Positions 23,341 through 30,997 of a stretch of DNA of 41,475 bases are shown here, one piece after another (position 1 is the stretch's first letter; each line of letters begins with the position of its first letter). The DNA is taken from positions 13,147 through 54,621 of the forward strand of contig CAYUUV010000001.1 in the NCBI GenBank assembly GCA_964448015.1. The letters run 5' to 3'. Below the pieces are notes generated by a model. The model saw only the letters and a list, made by a program, of their open reading frames with translations. It did not search any database and was not told where the DNA came from. This DNA comes from an uncultured Candidatus Saccharibacteria bacterium (GTDB taxonomy: Bacteria; Patescibacteriota; Saccharimonadia; Saccharimonadales; UBA7683). Position numbers and translations under genes: made by a program.

Positions 23341-23405
23341 TATACGTTTCGTCCGCAGATTCTTATCTAGGACTCATCAGAGCAGTTCTTTACTACTGAC
23401 GTATA
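23341..23405 (-). ncRNA. Type III hammerhead self-cleaving ribozyme
   Basis: UAUACGUC|AGUAGU-AAAGA-ACUGCU-CUGAUGA-GUCCUAGAU-AAGA-AUCUG(C)GGAC-GAA-ACGUAUA. The full conserved core is present, with three helices of 6, 9 and 7 bp and a GUC cleavage triplet. Confidence 0.85.
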
Positions 23406-23624
23406 TGAGGCTGCTGGTGCGAAGTTATTCCCGACCTTCGGGACTTCGGCAGCCAGCGGGCCTCTTTACAGGCTGTGCCTTATTCTCGGTTTATATCAGT
23501 TTGCACTGAACTTCCTCGAGACCGTACACTCACGCTATCTTTCCTGCACTACATCAAAAACGACACGGTCGTGCTATTTTTGATGTATGATAGCCTACCC
23601 TCGCTGTTTCATCAGGACTCCCTG

Positions 23625-23652
23625 AAAAAACAACTCTCTCGCTTGCGCGAGA
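23625..23652 (-). terminator. Intrinsic terminator after the 76-aa gene
   Basis: Minus strand UCUCGC-GCAA-GCGAGA followed by GAGUUGUUUUUU. Confidence 0.6.
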
Positions 23653-23709
23653 TTTTACCTCCGGGGAGAGGTGAAGTTTTGTCACAGACTACTTAGGATA
23701 AGCCGTTTT

Positions 23710-23940
23710 TTACACCGTCTTATCCAAGGCGGCTTCTGCAAGCGTCTTCCGGGCTACTTCCAGCGCGTCATCATAGGAGATGAGAACTGTGATGTAGGTT
23801 TCCCCTTCAACGTACCGCTCTTTTATCAAATCCGTGCTCATCTGTAGCACTTTGACGTCTGCATGCTGAGCAGCGTAGTCGTTGAGCATCTCGCTGACTT
23901 TGTCGCCTCCGTACGCCTGTATGACTGCAAACTTCTTCAT
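23710..23940 (-). CDS. Hypothetical small protein (76 aa)
   Basis: Strong SD GGAAGGAGGTG, 5 nt upstream of the ATG. No family recognised with confidence. Confidence 0.7.
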   Translation of the reverse strand: MKKFAVIQAYGGDKVSEMLNDYAAQHADVKVLQMSTDLIKERYVEGETYITVLISYDDALEVARKTLAEAALDKTV

Positions 23941-24018
23941 TTTTTCACCTCCTTCCAGAGGTGATTCTCTCGATTTCTCGAGGTACGTAGGGTTGCCGTG
24001 TTGCGACCCTATTTTTTT

Positions 24019-24048
24019 ATTATAGCACTTTTATATATGTTATGTCAA
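24019..24048 (-). promoter_or_regulatory. Consensus sigma70-type promoter of the 76-aa gene
   Basis: Minus strand TTGACA (24048-24043), 18 nt, TATAAT (24024-24019). It directly abuts the rmuC stop codon. Confidence 0.55.
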
Positions 24049-25134
24049 CTAGCCATCTATAAGGGGTTTGTCGAGGCTGAGAGGTTCAACACCAGGAACG
24101 GTATCGGCAATTTTTACGATATCTTTATCAATCTTCTTCAATTCTTTATGGGCATTGTTGTAGTGGTTCACGGTGGTTCCCAGGCTGCCGCCGAGCTTTT
24201 GCATGAATGCGTCGTAAGCACCAATGTGCCGTCCAAGCTCGCCGACACGTTTTTGTATATCTTTAGCCTGCTCTTCTATCTGGAGGCTTCTAAGGCCTTG
24301 TAAAACGGTCTGAAGGTAGGCCATAAAGCTGGTGGGGCTGACAATAATGACGTGTTTTTCTTGAAAGGCGTATTCAATCAGGTCTCGGGAGTTCGTTGCG
24401 GTAGTGCCAACTTTATTGATAAGTAGGTCGTAATATAGAGATTCTGATGGTATGAACATAAAAGCAAAATCCATGGTATTTTCATTCGGCCTGATGTACT
24501 TACTTGTTTCATCTATCCGATTTTTCAGATCAACTTTGAACTTTTTAACAATCGCCTCTTTGCTAGACTTATCACCTTCTTCAATCAGGCGATTGTAGTT
24601 TTCTAGACTGAACTTAGAATCTATCGGTAAAACTTGATCACGATCCAAAAATATTACTGCGTCTACCGTTTCGCCATCTTCAAACTTATACTGCATCTGA
24701 AACTTGCCGGGTGGCATCACATTTTCAAGCACAGATTGTAGGTAGTATTCCCCGACCACCCCGCGCTGCTTCGGGTTCTGTAAAACATTCTGCAGCGTCT
24801 TGAGCTCATCAGCTACGTCTACCACGCGCTTGTTTGTTTCATCAAGCTTTGTAAGCCGCTGCGTGACATCAGCGATAATTTTTGCCGATTGCGCAAATTG
24901 CCGCTGAATTGATTCGTTAGTCTGCACTTGATTCTGATGCAATTTTTGACTGATGTTTTCTTGCAGACTTTCTTTCAGTTCGCCAACGCCGCGATTTAAG
25001 TTATCAATATCGGTTTTGAGCATCTGTGAAGCTTGATCATCGCCCATACCCGAAAGCTTCTTATTCATTACAAACAGCATTACGGCAAAGCCAACCACCA
25101 AAATCACAATCATGATAATCAAAAGTGTTTCCAT
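24049..25134 (-). CDS. rmuC: DNA recombination protein RmuC
   Basis: N-terminal membrane helix, long coiled coil, C-terminal RmuC nuclease-like region (FAFMFIPSESLY...VIIVSPTSF). Start set to ATG 25134; the GTG start in the track runs through a palindrome. Confidence 0.85.
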   Translation of the reverse strand: METLLIIMIVILVVGFAVMLFVMNKKLSGMGDDQASQMLKTDIDNLNRGVGELKESLQENISQKLHQNQVQTNESIQRQFAQSAKIIADVTQRLTKLDETNKRVVDVADELKTLQNVLQNPKQRGVVGEYYLQSVLENVMPPGKFQMQYKFEDGETVDAVIFLDRDQVLPIDSKFSLENYNRLIEEGDKSSKEAIVKKFKVDLKNRIDETSKYIRPNENTMDFAFMFIPSESLYYDLLINKVGTTATNSRDLIEYAFQEKHVIIVSPTSFMAYLQTVLQGLRSLQIEEQAKDIQKRVGELGRHIGAYDAFMQKLGGSLGTTVNHYNNAHKELKKIDKDIVKIADTVPGVEPLSLDKPLIDG

Positions 25135-25150
25135 AGTACCCCAATGCACC

Positions 25151-25176
25151 GCCTGAGTCGTGCGCACGACTCAGGC
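25151..25176. repeat. Perfect 26-bp palindrome just upstream of rmuC
   Basis: GCCTGAGTCGTGCGCACGACTCAGGC equals its own reverse complement. Confidence 0.9.
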
Positions 25177-25387
25177 GTAAGTTAATATTAACCGGAGGGT
25201 GTTAGCTTTCTGTCGCCATATGATACGATCGCAAGCTCTACATATTCCACTAACTTTTCCATTAACCCTGGGACTCACACCATGCAGTTTGACGGCCATT
25301 GATTTCGTACAACGCAATGTGGCCTTACGTACATATCCGTTCCTGCTCTGTGGTAATTGCCACCACTCTGATTATATCATCTCGTAT

Positions 25388-26095
25388 TTAATATTCTATG
25401 TTAGTGTAGCCGTCGAAGTAGTCGTATTTGATTTGGGTTCGGGGGAAACCTTCGGCGACGAGACCTTCGCCAAGGGTTTCTGAGAATTTTTGGGAGCCGG
25501 CGAGATAAATGATGTACTGTTTGATATCTGGGATATCTTTTTTGAGCTGCTCGAGCGTTAATCTCACGTCTGAATATTCTTGAAGTAAGCACGTTGGGTC
25601 TGTCTGCTCAGCTTGGTGGAGTTCGCTAAGAAACGGGCGTTTTTCGTCTTTACCAGCGTAGAGCAGCGTTGCGTTGATTGGTTGGTGTTTGTGAAGACGG
25701 TCGCGGATAATGCTGAGATAAGGCGTGATGCCGATGCCGCCGGCGATGAAGAGACGCCTTAAATTGATTGGATCCTGAATCGAGTTCAGGATGACACCAG
25801 GGAGGCTATAAGTAAAGTCGCCGCCAAGTTGGTCGGCCTCTATTTCATCGCCAGCTTCTAGTAGTTGTAACTTCTGTTTGAAATGACTCGCGCCACTAAT
25901 TGTTGTGAACTGTAGAAGCGGTTCGTGCGGCGCAGAAGCAATAGTCAAAAGCCGGTCGGAAACCGCCGGTGGCACGCCGGGCATAGACAGATTCAAATAC
26001 TGCCCAGCCACAAAGGTAACCGGTTCAAGTGGTTCAAAAAAATACGACCACACCTCGCCTACTTCATGCTGCTTTTTTACAAATAATAACCTCAT
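25388..26095 (-). CDS. Ferredoxin-NADP reductase-like FAD/NAD(P)-binding oxidoreductase
   Basis: 235 aa. RLLTIAS (RxYS-like FAD motif) and GGIGITP NAD(P) motif. Carries a 10-codon repeat insertion. Confidence 0.75.
   Translation of the reverse strand: MRLLFVKKQHEVGEVWSYFFEPLEPVTFVAGQYLNLSMPGVPPAVSDRLLTIASAPHEPLLQFTTISGASHFKQKLQLLEAGDEIEADQLGGDFTYSLPGVILNSIQDPINLRRLFIAGGIGITPYLSIIRDRLHKHQPINATLLYAGKDEKRPFLSELHQAEQTDPTCLLQEYSDVRLTLEQLKKDIPDIKQYIIYLAGSQKFSETLGEGLVAEGFPRTQIKYDYFDGYTNIEY
25767..25796. repeat. 30-bp palindromic unit in frame inside the oxidoreductase gene
   Basis: ATTGGATCCTGAATCGAGTTCAGGATGACA is 29 of 30 nt identical to the intergenic unit at 17915-17944. It encodes VILNSIQDPI. 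Confidence 0.9.
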
Positions 26096-26195
26096 CGCTT
26101 TCTGTAGTATACCATCTGACCAATAGCACTAGGTGTATGTGATAGTACGCCTAGTGCTAAGAGATCGGAACCGAAAGGAATATTCACTGCATATG

Positions 26196-27533
26196 CTAGG
26201 GTACTTGTACAATATCAATACGTTCGATCATAAGCCGTGGAAACTTTGATTTCTGCGATTGGGTAAGAACAGGTAACCTGGGTATTAATTCGGGAGAAAT
26301 AACATACCTTCCATCACGCGATGATTGAGGTGGCTTTGGAACGGTTTTAGAGCAAATGTAGAACTTTTCAAATGGCTCTACCCAGCTATTGTGACCACTG
26401 TTGAGGAAGTATCCCCCTTTGTCCGCGTTATAGTCTTTCAAGTCGACCAGGCGATGCATTTCAAACGAACCTGAACCATGTCTTGCTGATCCGATCTTTA
26501 TTGATACGTCTGGATATCCCGGGTCTCGCTTACCGTCCTTATTCTCTCCGGGAGGGTTAGCATTGTAGATTAGGGCACAAGCCTTTACTTTCTCTCCCCA
26601 GTGAGCCTCCCAGTCGTATCGATAAATTTGCTCATCACGATATTCCCGTCCATTGCCATAGTCTTTATAAATTAACTCATATAAATAATTACCGCCCAAT
26701 GGTGTCTCTTCTACGACTGTTTCGTTTTCATAAGAATACTGCCGCCTAATTTCATAGTCCTCGTCTTGCATGCTCCCGTTCATCGCACCCAGTGTCTGTT
26801 GTAGTGGTACGGGCTTCAGATGTACCCACTGCGAGCTCCCGTTTGGATTCCTCTTATATTGCAGCATGTCTTTGGCATAAATTGTTTTTACAATGGCCGG
26901 GCCATCAGCTGGGATATCTTTGTCTTGTATGACTGGTTGTGTGAGTCGTTTGGCCTGTTCACCATCTGCCTTTGCAGTCTCAATCTCTTTATATATATCC
27001 GGCGCAACCCGGCAGGTGTAGCCTACGGTGTCATTTTTTGCACGATATTCTTGATCAATTACTGACGCTCTGTCGTACCATCTGAAGATCTCGCTGGTTT
27101 CAGGATCGACACCATAAATCTTCTGGTAAGCCTTTTTGATCCAATCCCCGTTTGTCACCAACGATTTGCTGCCTGCGATATCACTGTGTATACCCGCTTT
27201 TTTACAAATACCGGTTTCAGTTGCTTGTAATTTTGAAATTTTTCCAGACTTCCCGCTCGATCTCAGGCCAAAGCTTCCCGCAAAACTCTGGTACACAAAC
27301 AAGCCACCGACAATGGTGATGATAGCCATGAGAGGTGCGGCTCGTTTCCAGTTGAACTGCTTTGCTGCAGTAAGACCACCGGAGCCGGTAGTAGATTTGG
27401 TGGCAAACTTACCTTCGTCGTCACGGTGGGGACCGTGTGGTTTTCTGCTGAGTTTGGGAAGGGTGAGTTTCCTGGGAGTCTTTTTTGGTGTATTGACCGA
27501 GGAAAGATTGATGGTATCTTTTTCGTCGTGCAT
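26196..27533 (-). CDS. Hypothetical membrane-anchored protein (about 445 aa)
   Basis: Basic N-terminus, one TM helix (LMAIITIVGGLFVYQSF), large extracytoplasmic domain. Start set to ATG 27533 because the track start would include the promoter. Confidence 0.6.
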   Translation of the reverse strand: MHDEKDTINLSSVNTPKKTPRKLTLPKLSRKPHGPHRDDEGKFATKSTTGSGGLTAAKQFNWKRAAPLMAIITIVGGLFVYQSFAGSFGLRSSGKSGKISKLQATETGICKKAGIHSDIAGSKSLVTNGDWIKKAYQKIYGVDPETSEIFRWYDRASVIDQEYRAKNDTVGYTCRVAPDIYKEIETAKADGEQAKRLTQPVIQDKDIPADGPAIVKTIYAKDMLQYKRNPNGSSQWVHLKPVPLQQTLGAMNGSMQDEDYEIRRQYSYENETVVEETPLGGNYLYELIYKDYGNGREYRDEQIYRYDWEAHWGEKVKACALIYNANPPGENKDGKRDPGYPDVSIKIGSARHGSGSFEMHRLVDLKDYNADKGGYFLNSGHNSWVEPFEKFYICSKTVPKPPQSSRDGRYVISPELIPRLPVLTQSQKSKFPRLMIERIDIVQVP

Positions 27534-27575
27534 GGTTTGTTTCCTTTTGGTGTTGTTTTTAGTGGGTATGGCTCT

Positions 27576-27604
27576 TATTGTACCCCCCTCCAGGGGGTTT
27601 GTCA
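27576..27604 (-). promoter_or_regulatory. Near-consensus sigma70-type promoter
   Basis: Minus strand TTGACA (27604-27599), 17 nt, TACAAT (27581-27576). The spacer contains CCCCCT..AGGGGG. Confidence 0.5.
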
Positions 27605-27761
27605 AGATGGGATATTACCCTGCTGAAAAAAAGTTGAGGTGGATCAAGTATGCAGCCTTATTTCGAGCATCAAAGTAAAGCGCAGTGTATGAGTGTACGC
27701 CGTGTGATGCGAAAGAATATGAGCTCGTTATTTGTCCAAAGTTCTGGGCGTCAGCAGGACC

Positions 27762-28061
27762 CTAGATCATCAACCCAATCACAATACCCGCTGATAGAAT
27801 TAACCATACGGCTTGCACGAACACTAACGGGCCGTCTTTAACTCTGAGCCCATGCCATAACCAAATTGCGGAGGTGGTTGTATATGCTACCCACGAAATA
27901 ATAGATACCCCTTCACCGCCCTTAATCCAGATTTCATACAGCTGCGGCAGAGTCATTAGCGGTCCAATAGTGATTGCAAAATAAAGCAGCGGTTCTTGCG
28001 CAACCTGTTTGGTTAGTTTCTTCTTTTTTCGCCTGTACCGATAGTATGCATGTGCACTCAT
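27762..28061 (-). CDS. SemiSWEET-family (PQ-loop) transporter
   Basis: 99 aa, three predicted TM helices, PQ motif (TLPQLYEIW). Confidence 0.7.
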   Translation of the reverse strand: MSAHAYYRYRRKKKKLTKQVAQEPLLYFAITIGPLMTLPQLYEIWIKGGEGVSIISWVAYTTTSAIWLWHGLRVKDGPLVFVQAVWLILSAGIVIGLMI

Positions 28062-28066
28062 ACTAC

Positions 28067-28879
28067 CTATTTCTTTACCTTCTGATTTTTCAGAAAATCT
28101 AGCGTTAGTTTTGTACGTGCAGCGGCGTATTCACAGTGCTCACACGGTCCGCCCATTGCTGCAGTACCTACGGCTGGCATTGCTTCACTATCCAGACAGG
28201 TTTTCATTTCTTGAACAGTTGTTTCCACCCAGTCTGTTGTGCCGGTATGCGGGAAGACATGGGTTTCAAATTTGAGGATGTTATCAAACTTCTCATGCGC
28301 CCAACTGCCAGTTGCGTAGACAAAGTAACCGGTTGAGCTCACCGAAAAACCATTCTGCTTCAAAAGCCACTGGTACACTTCCATCTGGCGACGGTAGGTA
28401 TCGTGCCACGAGCCTTGTTCTTTCAGCGCCTTCACTGGTGCATCTTTGGCGGTAGCTTTGTAGTCCACCACAATTAATTCACCGGCTGGATTCACCCACA
28501 CATCATCGACTGCCCCAAAAATTAAAAGATTACTCGGCTCGTATACATACGAAACGCCAGAAAAATTGTGCCGCCAAGTATCCATTTCTTCATGTTGAAA
28601 TGGGATCGCATCAACACCAAACTGCTTCATGAGCGGATGAGCCTCTTGGTTCTGACGATACAGATCAAATTCTTTTTTGAAGAGCTCATCGATCGCCTTA
28701 TTAATGTTGAATGGCGGCGAACTCGGTCGCTTGATCCCCTTGACTGCCTCTAGCCAAAAACAACGTTGGCACTGCGTAAACAGTTCTATTTTAGAACGAG
28801 AAAGCCGATACGGTGCTGGTGCTTTTTTGTTGTATAACCCTCGATATCCGATTTGTACCATATTATTAGTATATAACAT
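28067..28879 (-). CDS. PD-(D/E)XK nuclease, Cas4/RecB-like with Cys cluster
   Basis: N-terminal CQRC, catalytic GAVDDV...VVDYK, QMEVYQ, C-terminal CEHCEY. Confidence 0.75.
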   Translation of the reverse strand: MLYTNNMVQIGYRGLYNKKAPAPYRLSRSKIELFTQCQRCFWLEAVKGIKRPSSPPFNINKAIDELFKKEFDLYRQNQEAHPLMKQFGVDAIPFQHEEMDTWRHNFSGVSYVYEPSNLLIFGAVDDVWVNPAGELIVVDYKATAKDAPVKALKEQGSWHDTYRRQMEVYQWLLKQNGFSVSSTGYFVYATGSWAHEKFDNILKFETHVFPHTGTTDWVETTVQEMKTCLDSEAMPAVGTAAMGGPCEHCEYAAARTKLTLDFLKNQKVKK

Positions 28880-28886
28880 TAGCAGC

Positions 28887-28952
28887 TCGTAGCTAGTGAC
28901 TCGTAATTAGGGTTTTCGTGTTTTGATGCGAGCAACAAACCACTAGCTACGA
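28887..28952. repeat. 12-bp perfect inverted repeat with a 42-nt spacer in a divergent intergenic region
   Basis: TCGTAGCTAGTG (28887-28898) pairs with CACTAGCTACGA (28941-28952). The spacer contains a TTTTCGTG word resembling the arms around the four-helix-bundle genes. Confidence 0.8.
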
Positions 28953-28979
28953 TCCGCCATTTCTGTTATGCTACATTTG

Positions 28980-30164
28980 ATGAGTAAAAATAAAAAACCA
29001 ACACGAGTAGTTATTATTGGCGGTGGCTTTGGCGGTGTGAAGACAGCGCTCAATCTTGCCAATAAACCACAGTTTCAAGTACAACTAATATCTGACAATA
29101 CTCACTTTGAGTATCACGGCGCGCTGTATCGCAGTGCTGTTGGGCATTCGCCCATGGAAGTAGTCATTCCTCTCAAGGATATTTTCAAGAATACCAACGT
29201 TGAACTTATTCTCGACAGTGCTGGAACCATAGACGCTGAAAAAAAACATATTATCAGTCAAACTGGTACGACATATCCATACGATAAAGCAGTTTGCGCC
29301 CTTGGCAATACGGTTAATTATTTTGGCATTCACGGTCTTGCGGAACATACCGAGGCCATGCACGACATACCAACAACCATTCGACTACGCAAAAAAATGG
29401 TTGATCTTTTTAAAGAACCGCAGAAACGACCGGTACGCATTGCTGTTATTGGTGCTGGCGCATCAGGCGTTGAGCTTGCGGGTGAAATACCGGCATTTGC
29501 AGCCTTTGTTGCTAAAAAGTATAGTCAACCAAAACCCAAAGTGAAGGTTATTTTAGTTGACGGCAGTGATAGAGTGTTGCCGCTGCTTTCACCAAAATCA
29601 TCAGCCAAGGCTCAAAAGCATCTCCAGGAGCTTGGTGTGGAAATTCACTTAAATATTCGGGTGGAATCATGCCAAGAAGGTACGATTTGTATGAGTGCTG
29701 GCGAACTTGAGGCAGACTTAATTGTCTGGACGGCTGGCTCTAAACCATCTGAGTTTTACCAAAACAGCTCTTCGGTGTTCACCTTGGGACGAGGTGGTCG
29801 CGTTAGTGTAACCGAATTTCTTCAGGCCCAAACACAAAAAGATATTTTTGTGCTGGGTGATAACGCCGACACACAATTTAGTGGTATGGCACAAACCGCG
29901 CTGTATGATGCTGGTTTTGTCTCAAGAAATCTCCTGCGCGAGGCAGAAGGTAAAAAAATGAAAGCTTACCGTGCTCGTAAGCCAATCTACGTCGTAACTG
30001 TCGGACCAAAATGGGCGGTTGTAGAAAATAAACGACGCGCTCATAGCGGTAGAAGCGGCTGGGCCGTACGACGGCAAGCCGATTTGATGATCTTTAGAAA
30101 CTTCCAACCCTACAAGCAGGCCGTGAAAACATGGCGCCAAGCTCATAAAATGTCTAAAATCTAA
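28980..30164 (+). CDS. Type II NADH dehydrogenase-like FAD-dependent oxidoreductase
   Basis: RVVIIGGGFGG and IAVIGAGASGVE dinucleotide motifs, plus GDNA. Start set to ATG 28980 (MSKNKK). Confidence 0.85.
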   Translation: MSKNKKPTRVVIIGGGFGGVKTALNLANKPQFQVQLISDNTHFEYHGALYRSAVGHSPMEVVIPLKDIFKNTNVELILDSAGTIDAEKKHIISQTGTTYPYDKAVCALGNTVNYFGIHGLAEHTEAMHDIPTTIRLRKKMVDLFKEPQKRPVRIAVIGAGASGVELAGEIPAFAAFVAKKYSQPKPKVKVILVDGSDRVLPLLSPKSSAKAQKHLQELGVEIHLNIRVESCQEGTICMSAGELEADLIVWTAGSKPSEFYQNSSSVFTLGRGGRVSVTEFLQAQTQKDIFVLGDNADTQFSGMAQTALYDAGFVSRNLLREAEGKKMKAYRARKPIYVVTVGPKWAVVENKRRAHSGRSGWAVRRQADLMIFRNFQPYKQAVKTWRQAHKMSKI

Positions 30165-30179
30165 ACGTTGTTTGCAAAC

Positions 30180-30803
30180 TTATGGCGTCATCAGACCCCT
30201 GTCGGGAGACATGAATATATCGGTAATTTTATTTTCCGTATTAAGTTTAAATATGACAACATACCCATCCGAAGACACGCCAATAACCGCATTTTCTGGC
30301 ACATACTGGGCATACGAACCTCCTCGCCACTGCGTCAGAGTCACAGCAGGTATATCAAACGACCACTCGCCTCGGGCACTATTTAAAAACTTGATATCCT
30401 CAAGTGCCTGAGCGGGTGTGCGAGCACCCAAACCCTCGCTCGCTGCTAAGGTAATATTAACCGGATTCGTCATGTGCGTACTGAGTTCAATGTACGTCTG
30501 ACCTTTGACTGCTTTTTCAATTATTTCTTTCAGCGCTCCGTAACTTTCGTTGGTAGCCTCTGATGATCCATTACTGGACTGTGCAGAGCCAATTTCTTGT
30601 TTGAGTGCCTCAATGGTCGTATGTAGAACATCGATCTCTTCAGAGTGAGTTTGTTTTAATTTTTTCATTTCCTGCTGTTGCCAGACATACACGCCAGCTC
30701 CGACACCAACTAGTAATAGCACAACAAAAACAACCGAAAAGAACTTCCTTGCTTTTCGGCGGCGGCCCTGTGCTCTCGGATTGATTGCCACCTGTCGATC
30801 CAT
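30180..30803 (-). CDS. Hypothetical membrane-anchored protein with coiled coil
   Basis: ATG 30803 preceded by GAGGAGG. Basic N-terminus plus one TM helix. Confidence 0.6.
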   Translation of the reverse strand: MDRQVAINPRAQGRRRKARKFFSVVFVVLLLVGVGAGVYVWQQQEMKKLKQTHSEEIDVLHTTIEALKQEIGSAQSSNGSSEATNESYGALKEIIEKAVKGQTYIELSTHMTNPVNITLAASEGLGARTPAQALEDIKFLNSARGEWSFDIPAVTLTQWRGGSYAQYVPENAVIGVSSDGYVVIFKLNTENKITDIFMSPDRGLMTP

Positions 30804-30997
30804 ACACACCTCCTCTTTACTATCCAAAGTATACACCCGCTCGCGTGAATATCCATAGCAATATCGTGTACCTAAAAAGGACCACTACGTTTATCCGCCC
30901 GCAGGAAACTTGTAGTAGCACACGCCGCTACCTGTTGTGTAATGAGTCTCAGCCCGTCACCTCGACGCAAACAGACCTATCAACTATAGTTATTACC

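Noticed and set aside
23609-23615. Second CUGAUGA as a second complete hammerhead ribozyme.
   Set aside because: It is followed directly by AAC with no stem II. I could not build stems I and III or a cleavage triplet around it. It is kept only as a possible relic, in the finding on the structured region.
23330-23625. Possible RNase P RNA. GGGAGUCCUGAUG resembles the GGAAAGUCCGGGC P4 strand, and CCUAGAUAAGAAUCUGC...ACGAAAC resembles CCUAGAUGAAUGACUGUC...ACAGAAC at the 3' end of bacterial P RNA.
   Set aside because: The two candidate P4 strands are not complementary to each other, and other conserved regions are missing. The 3' similarity is fully explained by the hammerhead core (CUGAUGA, stem II, GAAAC).
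26120-26160. 9-bp inverted repeat AGCACTAGG...CCTAGTGCT as a terminator between the 445-aa gene and the reductase gene.
   Set aside because: No U-tract follows it on the transcribed strand. It may be a processing or binding site, but the evidence is too thin to call.
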